DNA of 64,000 nt from an uncultured Trueperaceae bacterium (GTDB taxonomy: Bacteria; Deinococcota; Deinococci; Deinococcales; Trueperaceae). The stretch's first letter is position 1, and each line of letters starts with the position of its first letter. A model generated the notes under the pieces. That model was not told the origin of the DNA. It worked only from the letters and a program-made list of their open reading frames with translations, and ran no database searches. Below are positions 31,592 to 41,171 of the stretch, in pieces. The translations under genes were made by a program, and so were the position numbers. Location of the stretch: positions 736,001 through 800,000 of the forward strand of contig CAVSGP010000004.1 of the NCBI GenBank assembly GCA_963727505.1, read 5' to 3'.

Positions 31592-32047
31592 TCAGCGCTC
31601 CTGGGCAGAGACCTGTGCTTCGCTGCCCAGCGCACCCCAATCGTCCACGCTGCCCTCCTCCTGGAACCACGGCAGGCCGCGCAGGTAGGCCGAGCGCGCG
31701 ATCATGTATCCCGACAGCGGGGCCGTGAGTAAGAAGAAGCCGGCGATGAGCAGCACCCGCGGAGTACCGTCGACCGGATAGAAGGCGATGGCGGCGCCGG
31801 CGAAGATCCCCAGGCCGCCCAGCGTCACCAGCTTGGTCGCGGCGTGCAGGCGGGTGTAGACGTCGGGGAAGCGCACCAGGCCCACCGCCGCGGCCAGCAA
31901 GAAGACGCAGCCGAGCAGGACCAGCACCTGGGCCACCGGATGGCCGTCGAGCGTCGAGGTGGCGCGTGCCGGAGCCGCGGCGTGCGCGGCCGAGCCCGCC
32001 GCCACCAGGGCGGGCAGCGTGAGGCGCGTCCTCCACGAGCCGGACAT
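31592..32047 (-). CDS. mrpG: Mrp Na+/H+ antiporter subunit G
   Basis: GLVRFPDVYTRLHAATK and LTAPLS motifs. Confidence 0.92.
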   Translation of the reverse strand: MSGSWRTRLTLPALVAAGSAAHAAAPARATSTLDGHPVAQVLVLLGCVFLLAAAVGLVRFPDVYTRLHAATKLVTLGGLGIFAGAAIAFYPVDGTPRVLLIAGFFLLTAPLSGYMIARSAYLRGLPWFQEEGSVDDWGALGSEAQVSAQER

Positions 32048-32316
32048 CAGCGCATCACCCGTCCACGGAGCAGGTAGCGCGCCAGCGCGACGGTGCTCAG
32101 GAAGCCCAGGATCGAGATGATCAGCGCGGCGTCGAGCAGCGACGTGAAGCCGGTGCGCAGCGCCGCTACCACCACCATCACGGCGAGGTTGACGGTGAGG
32201 TAGTCGAAGGCGGTCACGCGGTCGCCCCAGGTAGGCCCGCGCACCACGCGGTAGGTGGCCAGCACACCGGAGATGGCGAGGCTGAAGATGGCGACGTCGA
32301 TCACCACGGCAAGCAT
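32047..32316 (-). CDS. mrpF: Mrp antiporter subunit F
   Basis: RVVRGPT..DRV.AFD and LGFLSTVALARY motifs. Confidence 0.92.
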   Translation of the reverse strand: MLAVVIDVAIFSLAISGVLATYRVVRGPTWGDRVTAFDYLTVNLAVMVVVAALRTGFTSLLDAALIISILGFLSTVALARYLLRGRVMR

Positions 32317-32356
32317 CCTCCCAAGCGGGTTCGGCGCTCGAGCGCGCGGGCGGCGC

Positions 32357-32824
32357 TCACGCCATGAACCCCAGGATCAGGCCTTCGATGCGCTCCACGC
32401 TGGCGCGCGAGCGTTCCGGGTCGGCCTGCAAGATGGCGTGGGCGTAGAGCAGCCCGCGGTCGTCGGACACCCCCATGGCGACGGTGCCCGGCAGCAGCGT
32501 GATGGCGGCGGACAGGAGTGAGATCGCGGCGTCGCTCCGCAGACGCAGCGGCACCGCGATGACATGCGGGTAGTAGCGCGGGCGCGGCCGGAACGCCAGC
32601 AGCGCGACCATCACGTTGGCGGTGACCAGCTCGAGGCTGAAGCGCACGGCGAAGCGCACGAACGCCGCCAGGCGCCGCGGGAACGAGCGCTCGCGTTCGC
32701 GCTCGACCACCGAGAGCAGCAAGATCCCCAGCAGCGCGCCGACAACCAGGTTCAACGCGCTGAGCTGCCCCATCAGGAAGCTCCACATCAGGGCCATTCC
32801 CAGCACCGCCAGCAGCGATCCCAT
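32357..32824 (-). CDS. mrpE: Mrp antiporter subunit E
   Basis: ELVTANV and ITLLPGT…LYAHA motifs. Confidence 0.9.
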   Translation of the reverse strand: MGSLLAVLGMALMWSFLMGQLSALNLVVGALLGILLLSVVERERERSFPRRLAAFVRFAVRFSLELVTANVMVALLAFRPRPRYYPHVIAVPLRLRSDAAISLLSAAITLLPGTVAMGVSDDRGLLYAHAILQADPERSRASVERIEGLILGFMA

Positions 32825-32827
32825 GGG

Positions 32828-34363
32828 TTAGTGTGCCCCCTCTCGCGGCGGCGCTCCCGGGACCAGCACGGCGGCGCGGTAGGCGGCGTTGCCGTCGAGC
32901 TGGGCGGCCGCCCTCCCGCACAGGCCGTACAGCGGCCCCGCGAAGGCCGCCAGCGACAGCAGCAGCGCGACCGCCACCACCGTCACGCCGCTCATCGCCC
33001 GCGGGATGGCGACCCGGTGGACGGCGTCGGACTCGCCCCAGAAGAACTCACGCCAGATGCGCGTGGCGGCGTAGAGCAGCAACAGGCCGGTCAGCACGGC
33101 AGCCGTCGCCACCGCCACGTGCAGCAAGCCGCCCGCCGCCAGCATCGAGCGCACCAGCGCGAACTTGCCGATGAAGCCGCTGGTGGGCGGCAACCCGATC
33201 AGGGCCAGCACTCCCGTGAAGTAGCCCGCGCCGAGCCAGGGGTAGTGCCCCAGGTGACCGTGCCTGCGGTAGTTCGGCCCGGCCACGCGCTCGGCCAGCG
33301 CCGCCACCAGGAACAACACGAACATGACCGCGATGGAGTTCATCAGGTAGTACAGCGCCGCGGTCATGCCGGCACGCGAGCCGATGAACGCCCCCGCCAC
33401 CAGGTAGCCCACGCTGGCGACGTTGGCGAAGGCCATGGCATGACGCCAGCGCCGCCGCGCCACCATCCCCAGCGCACCCACCAGCATGGTCAGTCCTGCC
33501 AGGGTCAACAGCGTCCCCTCGATGGCATGCTGTCCCGGGAGCATCAGTGTGAAGGTGCGCACCAATGCGTACACCCCCACCTTGGTGAGCACCGCCGCGA
33601 AGAAGGCGCTGACGGCGGCGGGCGGGACCGGGTAGCTGTTGGGCAACCAGAAACCTAGCGGGAAAACGGCGGCCTTGGTGGCGAACACCAGCGCCAGCAG
33701 CGCCGCCAGCAGGGTGATGCGCACGTCGCCGGCGCCGTGCGCACCGATGCGCTGGGCGATGTCGGCCATGTTGAGGCTGCCCACCAGCCCGTAGACCATG
33801 CCGGCGGTGATGACGAACACCGAGGAGGCGATCAGGTTGATCACGACGTACTTGAAGCCCTCGCGCAGCTGCGGCAGCTCGCCACCGAGCAACAGCAGGC
33901 CGTAGGAGGCCAGCAGCATCACCTCGAAGGCCACGAACAGGTTGAAGAGGTCGCCGGTCAGGAAGCTCATGTTCACGCCCATGAACAGGAACTGCAGCAG
34001 CGCCTGCGCGCCGAAGGCCTCGCGGGCCCGGTTGAGCAGGGCGCTGGCACCCCGCACCGGAGCGTGCTGCAGGCTCGAGCCGGCGAACACCACCGTCAAC
34101 AGCGCCAGCACGTTACTGGCCAGCAGCAGCAGCCCCGCCAGAGCGTCGGCCACCAGCGCGATGCCGAAGGGCGCCGCCCACGACGCCATCTGCACCACCA
34201 GGATCTCGCCGTGGAAGGTGCGCACGGCGACGATGACCGACACCGCCAGGGTCGCGGCCGAGACGGCGGTCGCCAGCCAGCGGCGCAGCACGCTGCGACG
34301 CACCAGCAGCAGCACCGAGCCCCCGAACAGCGGGAGCAGCACCGGCAACGCCAGCACGTTCAC
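32828..34363 (-). CDS. mrpD: Mrp antiporter subunit D
   Basis: FLTGDLFNLFVAFEVML, KAAVFPL.FWLP.SY, LTKVGVY and PPTSGFIGK motifs; GTGA overlap. Confidence 0.93.
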   Translation of the reverse strand: MNVLALPVLLPLFGGSVLLLVRRSVLRRWLATAVSAATLAVSVIVAVRTFHGEILVVQMASWAAPFGIALVADALAGLLLLASNVLALLTVVFAGSSLQHAPVRGASALLNRAREAFGAQALLQFLFMGVNMSFLTGDLFNLFVAFEVMLLASYGLLLLGGELPQLREGFKYVVINLIASSVFVITAGMVYGLVGSLNMADIAQRIGAHGAGDVRITLLAALLALVFATKAAVFPLGFWLPNSYPVPPAAVSAFFAAVLTKVGVYALVRTFTLMLPGQHAIEGTLLTLAGLTMLVGALGMVARRRWRHAMAFANVASVGYLVAGAFIGSRAGMTAALYYLMNSIAVMFVLFLVAALAERVAGPNYRRHGHLGHYPWLGAGYFTGVLALIGLPPTSGFIGKFALVRSMLAAGGLLHVAVATAAVLTGLLLLYAATRIWREFFWGESDAVHRVAIPRAMSGVTVVAVALLLSLAAFAGPLYGLCGRAAAQLDGNAAYRAAVLVPGAPPREGAH

Positions 34364-34791
34364 GGGTGGCCGTCCTCGTCGACGTCGGCGGCGGTGCCGA
34401 TCTCCGGCGACACCGAGGGGTACTCGGGGTCCGCGTAGACGACCGGGCTGCGCACCGGGTCGGGCCGGTCGGCCAGGTCCTGCACGTGATCGGTGCCGGT
34501 AACCTGGTAGGCGCGCAGTGCCAGCACCAGCAGCAGCGCGGTGGTCGCGAAACTGATGACGATGGCGGTGAGGATCAACGCCTGCGGCAGCGGGTCGTTG
34601 TAGGGCCCTGCGAGCTGCAGCAGCGGCGGCGCGTCGCGCCGCTCGCCCTCGCCCGCCAGCAGGATCGCGATGTTCACGCCGTAAGAGATGAACGACACAC
34701 CCAGGATCAGCCGGATCAGCGCCCGCGACAGCACCAGGAACACCCCGGCACCGATCAGGAGCGCGGCCAGCAGCGGCAGCAACAGCTCCAT
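34360..34791 (-). CDS. mrpC: Mrp antiporter subunit C
   Basis: DPLPQALILTAIVISFA motif; TGATG overlap. Confidence 0.93.
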   Translation of the reverse strand: MELLLPLLAALLIGAGVFLVLSRALIRLILGVSFISYGVNIAILLAGEGERRDAPPLLQLAGPYNDPLPQALILTAIVISFATTALLLVLALRAYQVTGTDHVQDLADRPDPVRSPVVYADPEYPSVSPEIGTAADVDEDGHP

Positions 34792-35291
34792 CAGCCCTCG
34801 CCCCCGTCCGGGCGGTCGCCGGCCTCGGCCTCGCCCGGCGGGCCCGATCGCCCACCGCGCTCCAGCAGCTCCGCAAGGCCCCCCTCCTCGGCCAACAGGT
34901 CGATGATGGTGACGGTGGCGCCGACCACGACCAGGAACACACCCAGATCGAACAGCGTCGCGCTGGTCCAATCGAACGTTCCGATGCCCGGCAGCCGCAG
35001 GGTCCCGTGGTCGCTCGTCAGGAAGGCGCGGCCGGCCAGCATGGGGGCGACACCGGTGCCCAGTGCCACCAGCAGGCCCACCGGCATGAGCACGTCGCTG
35101 CGTATCCGCAGCAGCCCGCGCCGGCGCGCCATGCGCGCCAGCAGGCCGGCGGCCGCCACGATCAGCCCCGCGATGAAACCGCCCCCTGGGGCGTTGTGGC
35201 CGCGCAGGAAGAAGTGGAAGCCGAGCGCCAGCAACGCGAACACGATCGGCGTCACCAGCGTACGGAAGAAGACGTCGGGGCCCTTGCTCAC
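34791..35291 (-). CDS. mrpB: Mrp antiporter subunit B
   Basis: RGHNAPGGGFIAG and LFDLGVFLVV motifs; GTGA overlap. Confidence 0.92.
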   Translation of the reverse strand: MSKGPDVFFRTLVTPIVFALLALGFHFFLRGHNAPGGGFIAGLIVAAAGLLARMARRRGLLRIRSDVLMPVGLLVALGTGVAPMLAGRAFLTSDHGTLRLPGIGTFDWTSATLFDLGVFLVVVGATVTIIDLLAEEGGLAELLERGGRSGPPGEAEAGDRPDGGEG

Positions 35292-37618
35292 GGCTGCGCC
35301 TCCCCCGGGCCGTCGGCGCCGGACGCGTCCGCAGGCTCGGACGTCGCCTCGGGGTCGACCGGCTGCTGCGACTGCAACCGGAGCAGGGCCAGCACGCTCA
35401 GTGCCGCGATCGCCAGCACCGTGATCTCGCCCAGGGTGTCGTAGCCGCGGAAATCGACCAGGATGGTGTTGACGACGTTGGCGCCGCCGGCCAGGGTCTT
35501 GCTGAAGCGCAGGAAGAACTCCGTGATTCGCGGCGCGATGGGTTGCTGGACCGACAGCAGCAGCGTGAACACGGTCGCCGCCACACCGGTGGCGATGACG
35601 CCGTCGAGCATGCCCAGCGACGGCGGGCGGGTGTAACGCCGCATCGCCGGCAGGAAGCGGAACACGGACAGGAACAAGATGACCGTGACGGTGTCGATCA
35701 GCAGTTGCGTGAGCGCCAGGTCGGGCGCGTGCAGCAGCACGAAGATGAGGGTCGATGCCACCCCCGCGAGGCCCAGGTAGATGAGCGCGGAGAGCCGCGA
35801 GCGGGTCAGCAGCGTGCCGCCGATGCCGGCGATCACCAGGCCGGTGGCCAGCGCCATGTCGATGGGCACGGGCGACAGCGTCGGGAAGACCAGCCGGTAG
35901 CCCCGCAGCGCGCCGACCGCGGCCACCCCCACGAACAGCACGCGTAGGTGGGTGGCGAAGGAGGCACCCTGGGTGGCGCGCGTGAAGGCGCCCGCGAAGC
36001 GCTCCAGCCCGGCGAGCACAGCGTAGTAGACGGTGTTGGCGTTCCACCTGGGGGTGATCGCCTCCTGCAGGCGCGCGAAGCGGTCGCGCAACAGGTGCAG
36101 CGCCACCCCCAGGAACCAGGTCAGCACCGACAGCGCCAGCGTCACCGAGAGCCCGTGCCACAGCGCCAGCGGCTCGGCGTGGAAGCCGAGGCCGGGCGCC
36201 GCCAGGTCGGTGAGCGCGCTCGCCAGCGTGCCTTGCGGCGGCACCAGCCCGAACGCCACCACCGCGGCCGTGAGCGGCAGCACCGGCAGCCAGAAGGCGG
36301 CGTGGGGCCGGTGCACGTGCGGCGCTTCCGCCCGGTAGGGGCCGAAGAACACCGACAGGAAGCGCAGGCTGTAGGCGAACGTCATGACGCTCCCCGTCAC
36401 CGCGAGAGTTGCGGGGATCCAGCCCTCGTGCTGCATCGCTTCGTAGAACAACTCCTTGGACAGGAAGCCACCGAACGGGGGCACTCCGGCCATCGACAGC
36501 GCGGCCGGCACCGCCAGCAGCGCCGTGACCGGCAACCGCCGTCCCAGGCCGGACAGCGAGCGGATGTCGCGGCTGCCGGTGACGTGGTCGATGATGCCCA
36601 CCACCAGGAACAACGCCGCCTTGAACGCGGCATGGTTGACCAGGTGTGCGGTGGCGCCGAAGGGATGGTGCGAGGCGTACATGGCCGTGAGGATGCCGAG
36701 CTGCGACACCGTGGAATAGGCCAGCAACGCCTTGAGGTCGTTCTGCCGCAGCGCCAGGTAGGAGCCCCAGAACATGGTCAGGAGCCCGGCGAACATCGCC
36801 ACCTGCGCGAAGGTAGTGCCGTCGAGCAGGAACCCGAACTTCGCCAGCAGGAACACGCCCGCCTTGACCATGGTGGCGGAGTGGAGGAACGCCGACACCG
36901 GCGTCGGCGCCTCCATCGCGGTGGGCAACCACAGGTGGAACGGGAGCTGCGCGGACTTCGTGAAGGCGGCCACCAGGACGAGCGCCAGCGCCGGCGGGAA
37001 CAGTGGGCTGGCCTTCAGGGCCGCGACATCGAGCCCCGAGAGCGTGGCGCTGTGACCGGCGATGCCGAGCAGAGCTACGGCCACCAGCAGCGCCAGTCCG
37101 CCGATGGCGGTGACGAGCAGCGCCTTCACCGCCCCGTCGCGGGCGGCCGCCCGGCTGTCCCAGAAGCCGACGAGCAGGAACGAGGCGATCGAGGTCAGCT
37201 CCCAGAAGGCGAAGAGCGCGATCAGGTTGTCCGACAGCACCAGGCCGAGCATGGCGCCACCGAACGCCAGCAGGTACCCGTAGAAGCGCCCGTGGCGCTC
37301 GCCGGGGGCCAGGTAGGAGGCGGCGTAGAGGGTGACCAGCACCCCGATGACCGCCACCATCAGTGCGAAGAGCAGCGAGAACCCGTCGGCGCGCAGGGTG
37401 AAGCCGAGCCCCAGGTCCGGGACCCACGCCAGGTCCGAGGTGGCCGGCCGGCCGTGCAGCGCGGGCCGCACGAAGGCGAGCAGGGCCAACGCAGGCGCGA
37501 ACGCCAGCCACAGCACGTAGCCGCTGCGCGCCCGCAAGCGCGGGCCGAGCAGCGGCGCGAGGCCGGCGCCCAGGAACGGCGCGAACACCGCCAGGGGGAG
37601 CAGGAGCGCCGCGCTCAC
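35288..37618 (-). CDS. mrpA: Mrp antiporter subunit A
   Basis: FWELTS, TKSAQLPFHLWLP.AMEAPTPVSA.LHSATMVKAG and NTILVDFRGYDTLGE motifs; start uncertain (37618-37651). Confidence 0.94.
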   Translation of the reverse strand: MSAALLLPLAVFAPFLGAGLAPLLGPRLRARSGYVLWLAFAPALALLAFVRPALHGRPATSDLAWVPDLGLGFTLRADGFSLLFALMVAVIGVLVTLYAASYLAPGERHGRFYGYLLAFGGAMLGLVLSDNLIALFAFWELTSIASFLLVGFWDSRAAARDGAVKALLVTAIGGLALLVAVALLGIAGHSATLSGLDVAALKASPLFPPALALVLVAAFTKSAQLPFHLWLPTAMEAPTPVSAFLHSATMVKAGVFLLAKFGFLLDGTTFAQVAMFAGLLTMFWGSYLALRQNDLKALLAYSTVSQLGILTAMYASHHPFGATAHLVNHAAFKAALFLVVGIIDHVTGSRDIRSLSGLGRRLPVTALLAVPAALSMAGVPPFGGFLSKELFYEAMQHEGWIPATLAVTGSVMTFAYSLRFLSVFFGPYRAEAPHVHRPHAAFWLPVLPLTAAVVAFGLVPPQGTLASALTDLAAPGLGFHAEPLALWHGLSVTLALSVLTWFLGVALHLLRDRFARLQEAITPRWNANTVYYAVLAGLERFAGAFTRATQGASFATHLRVLFVGVAAVGALRGYRLVFPTLSPVPIDMALATGLVIAGIGGTLLTRSRLSALIYLGLAGVASTLIFVLLHAPDLALTQLLIDTVTVILFLSVFRFLPAMRRYTRPPSLGMLDGVIATGVAATVFTLLLSVQQPIAPRITEFFLRFSKTLAGGANVVNTILVDFRGYDTLGEITVLAIAALSVLALLRLQSQQPVDPEATSEPADASGADGPGEAQP

Positions 37619-37734
37619 GGGGCCGCCGACCATCGCCCGAGGCGCCCCCACCGCTCACGGCCTACGCCGCGGGCCGCTCCGGGGACCGGGTCACGGGAGG
37701 CGCGCCCCCGGCGCGCGTCTCTCGTCATGGTCCA

Positions 37735-38820
37735 CTACTGTCCCGTGCCGCCGCCCGAAGGCGCCGCGGTCGCCGGAGCGTCGCTCGCCTTGGAAGCGCC
37801 GGCCGCGCTGGCGCGCATCGCGTCCGACAGGGTGATGAGCCGCTGGTAGCTCGAGAGCTTGGTGTAGTCGCCGACCTTGAGACCGTCCACGAAGAGGGTG
37901 GGCGTGCCGGTGAGATGGAGCTGCCCTCCCGCCTCCTGGTAGGCCTTATCGATCTCGGCTTTGTAGGTGCCGTCCTTGACGCACTTCTGGACGCCATCCG
38001 TCTTCAGCCCGGCGTCCGCCGCGATCGTCACCAACGCCGACAACGGGTCGGACAGGCCGCTCCACTGCTTCTGGCTGGCGAAGAGGGCGTCATGGTAGGT
38101 CCAGAACGACGCCGGATCGTTCGCGGCGGTCACACACTCGGCGGTCTCCGCCGCGATCATGGCGTTGGGATGGATGGACTTGAGCGGGAAGTAGTGGAAC
38201 TCGAAGCGCACGTTGCCGCCGGCCAGCAGCGCGGCCTTGAGCTGCGGGAACTCGTCGTTGGCGAAGCGCGCGCAGAACGGGCACTGGAAGTCGGAGAACT
38301 CCCGGATCACGTGCTTGGCGTCCGCCGGCCCGATGCTGTGCGCTGCGGGCGGGAACGTAGAGGGATCCACCGTCTGTGGCTTGAGGGTGAAGTCGAGGTG
38401 GTAGGGAGCGTCGCCGGTGACCGTCAGGTGGAGCTCGTACTCCTCCACCCCGATGGCGGTCGGGCCCTTGCCCGCGAGGTCACCGAGGCGGGTCTGGAAG
38501 AACTGCGCGACGGGCCCAGCGATGCCCTGGCCGTAGCCGGTCGCGGCGCCGATCAGGTCCGAGGCAAAGCGCACGTTGGCGTCGTTCATGCTGCCGCTTC
38601 CACTGACGGCCAGCGCGGTGTTCGAGGCGCTGTCGATCTGGAAGGTGAAGTCCGACGCAACCGTGAAGCCGCCGTTCGAGGCGGCAGGCTGGTAGCTCTT
38701 GAGGGCGTCGACGATGCTGGAGGGCGCCTCGCCGATGGACGCCGCAGCGGTGGGCAGCAGCGCCACGAGCGCAACGAGGATCAGGGGCAGCAGGCGAGAA
38801 CGGCGGAGTCGAGCGGTCAT
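37735..38820 (-). CDS. Exported DsbA-family thioredoxin-fold protein with N-terminal extra domain
   Basis: Signal peptide; EFSDFQCPFC, FPL..HPNA and TGTPT cis-Pro loop. Confidence 0.88.
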   Translation of the reverse strand: MTARLRRSRLLPLILVALVALLPTAAASIGEAPSSIVDALKSYQPAASNGGFTVASDFTFQIDSASNTALAVSGSGSMNDANVRFASDLIGAATGYGQGIAGPVAQFFQTRLGDLAGKGPTAIGVEEYELHLTVTGDAPYHLDFTLKPQTVDPSTFPPAAHSIGPADAKHVIREFSDFQCPFCARFANDEFPQLKAALLAGGNVRFEFHYFPLKSIHPNAMIAAETAECVTAANDPASFWTYHDALFASQKQWSGLSDPLSALVTIAADAGLKTDGVQKCVKDGTYKAEIDKAYQEAGGQLHLTGTPTLFVDGLKVGDYTKLSSYQRLITLSDAMRASAAGASKASDAPATAAPSGGGTGQ

Positions 38821-39365
38821 GGGGTCATCTCCTTCATGCCCTCGCCCCGGCCAGGTAGAGGGTCGTCGGTGAGGGGTAAGCGGCGGGCCAGGGTCACGCT
38901 CAACAGCGCGTCCACCGGCACCCGGAGCAGCACATCGTGCCCGCCTCCGCCGCCGTAGACCACGCCGTCCTCGGGCACGCTGACGCTGTCCACGAGGGTG
39001 GGCAGCGACGTGCGGTGCCCGAACGGCGGCATCGAGCCGACGGCGAAACCAGTCAGGGACAGCGTCTGCTCCGGTGAGGCGAGCCGCACCTTGCGGCGGT
39101 CGACGCCGAGGGCGCGCGCCAGCGCACGCATGCGCACGCGCGCCTCACCGGCGGCGATGACGAGCACGGGCTGCATGCCGGCGGGGGGCAGGTCGGCCTC
39201 GAACACCAGGCTCTTGACGATCGCCTCCGGCGCCACCCCCAGCGCGCGGGCCGCAGCGGGCACGGTCGGGGTCGGCGCGCCGGGACGCACCAGCTCGGCA
39301 GCCACGTGGTGCTCGCGCAGGTAGTCCGCCAGGTCGCGTTCGCTCATGGGCGTCGCCGTGGGCAT
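38817..39365 (-). CDS. YbaK/EbsC family aminoacyl-tRNA deacylase-like protein
   Basis: AARALGV…IVKSLVF, TGFAVGSMPPFG and VYGGGG motifs. Confidence 0.9.
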   Translation of the reverse strand: MPTATPMSERDLADYLREHHVAAELVRPGAPTPTVPAAARALGVAPEAIVKSLVFEADLPPAGMQPVLVIAAGEARVRMRALARALGVDRRKVRLASPEQTLSLTGFAVGSMPPFGHRTSLPTLVDSVSVPEDGVVYGGGGGHDVLLRVPVDALLSVTLARRLPLTDDPLPGRGEGMKEMTP

Positions 39366-39530
39366 GACGCCCAGTGTAGCCCCCCGCCGTGGGGCGCTCA
39401 AGGAAGGGCGTCCCGCCCGGACGGCACCCGCAGGGGGGGCCGCGGCACGCCCGCCGAGGCCCGAGGCGGTCGGGCGGCTGCACCGTACGCCGCGGGCCCG
39501 TGCGCCGCGGGCCCGCGGCGGAGGCGGCGG

Positions 39531-41042
39531 CTAACCCAGGCCGTAGAGGGCGCCGTACTTGCGCCGCAGGTAGCCGAGGTAGGGCGCGGCGTCGAGCTCG
39601 GAGCCCGTGGCGCGCTTCAGGAGCTCGTCGGGCAGATAGCGCGATCCGTGCCGGTGCACGTTCTCGCGCAGCCAGCCCAGGAGGGTCGCGAAGCGACCGG
39701 CGCGGACCTCGCGCGGCAGCTCCGGGTGGGCGGCGGTGGCGGCCTCGAAGAGCTGCACGCTCATCAGGTTGCCGAGCGCGTAGGTCGGGAAATAGCCGAA
39801 CAGACCGATCGACCAGTGGACGTCCTGCAACACACCGAGCGCGTCGTTGGGAGGCGTGAGGCCCAGCATGTCGTTCATGGCGTCGTTCCAGGCCGCCGGT
39901 AGGTCGCGCACGGCCAGGTCGCCACCGATGAGGCCGAGCTCCAGCTCGAAGCGCAGCATCACATGGAGGTTGTAGGTGACCTCGTCGGCCTCGACCCGGA
40001 TGAAGCTGGGCTCCACCCGGTTGATGGCAGCGTAGAAGTCGTCCAGAGACACGCTCCGGAGCTGCCCGGGGAAGGTGCGCTGCAAGCGGGGGAAGGCGCC
40101 CTCCCAGAAGGGGTGGCTGCGTCCCACCAGGTTCTCCCACATGCGCGACTGCGACTCGTGCACGCCGAGGCTGACGGTGCCCTCCAGCGGCGTGCGGTAG
40201 TACTCGCCGGCGATCCCCTGCTCGTAGAGGGCGTGGCCGGCCTCATGCATGGTGCCGAACAGGGCGGCGTTCAGGAAGTGCCCCTGGTAGCGAGTGGTGA
40301 TCCGGACGTCGTGCATGCCGAGCGCCGTGGCGAAGGGGTGCACGGTGCGGTCGAGCCGGCCGTGCTCCAGGTCGTAGCCGAAGGCGGTGACAATGTCGAG
40401 CGCGAAGCGCTCCTGGTCGGCCTCGTCGTAGGCCTGTCGGAGCACGGCGTCGTCGATCTCACGGCCGGCGTCACGGATGGCGCGCACCAGCTCGACCGTC
40501 TCCCGGCGGAGCGGCTCGAACACGGCGCGCAGACGCGCAGCCGTGGATCCCGGCTCATACAGGTCGTGCAGCGCGTCGTAGGGGTGCTCGTCGTAACCCA
40601 GGGCCTCGGCTTCCTGACGCTTGAGCTCGACCATGCGTTCGAGCTCCGGCGCGAAAGTGGTGAAATCCTGCTCCTGACGGGCGCGCGCCCACACGGCGCG
40701 GGAGCGCGAAACGTGCTTGCCGAGCGCCTCGACCAGCTCGACCGGCAGCTTGGTGGCGCGGTCGACGTCGCGGCGGGCCTGCCGAACCATGGCGGCCTCC
40801 ACCGAGCCCTCGGGCAGCTCCGCGGCCTCCAGCGCCTCGACCAGCTCTCCCAGCGCGGGGTCGGTGAGGCGCTCGTGGATGACGGTCTCGAGCGTGGCCA
40901 TCTGCTGCCCGCGCGCCTCGGCGGCGCCCGGCGGCATGTAGGTGTTCTCGTCCCAGGAGAGTACGGCGTGGGCCTGGGACAGGTCGCTGATGACGGCCGC
41001 TCTCCCGAGGAGGTCCTGGAGCAGCGTGTCGGTGTCGGTCAT
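39531..41042 (-). CDS. Carboxypeptidase Taq (M32)
   Basis: HPF, DVRITTR, HEAGH, HESQS, IRVEADE, QDVHW and GYFPTY motifs. Confidence 0.96.
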   Translation of the reverse strand: MTDTDTLLQDLLGRAAVISDLSQAHAVLSWDENTYMPPGAAEARGQQMATLETVIHERLTDPALGELVEALEAAELPEGSVEAAMVRQARRDVDRATKLPVELVEALGKHVSRSRAVWARARQEQDFTTFAPELERMVELKRQEAEALGYDEHPYDALHDLYEPGSTAARLRAVFEPLRRETVELVRAIRDAGREIDDAVLRQAYDEADQERFALDIVTAFGYDLEHGRLDRTVHPFATALGMHDVRITTRYQGHFLNAALFGTMHEAGHALYEQGIAGEYYRTPLEGTVSLGVHESQSRMWENLVGRSHPFWEGAFPRLQRTFPGQLRSVSLDDFYAAINRVEPSFIRVEADEVTYNLHVMLRFELELGLIGGDLAVRDLPAAWNDAMNDMLGLTPPNDALGVLQDVHWSIGLFGYFPTYALGNLMSVQLFEAATAAHPELPREVRAGRFATLLGWLRENVHRHGSRYLPDELLKRATGSELDAAPYLGYLRRKYGALYGLG

Positions 41043-41171
41043 GCCTTCTCCCTTCGCCGCGCCAGTCTACCCTCAGGCGAAGGTCGCGCTCGCGTCGGGC
41101 GCGCGCGCCAGCGGGCCATGGCGGTGGCGACCGGCCCCGGCCGAACGCAGGGCCCGTGCTATCGTGAAGGC

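Noticed and set aside
34791..37658. 955-aa MrpA-B fusion ORF
   Set aside because: Only the last 166 codons are MrpB; it starts at GTG 35291 overlapping the mrpA stop, so A and B are separate genes
39400..39530. GC-rich repeats/hairpins (GCCGCGGGCCC x2) as REP or CRISPR elements
   Set aside because: Only two short copies with no spacer periodicity; probably a terminator-type structure or GC bias
39963..41171. 979-aa N-terminally extended dynamin
   Set aside because: The extension is antisense to the M32 carboxypeptidase; the true start is ATG 41172 with a -10 box 6 nt upstream
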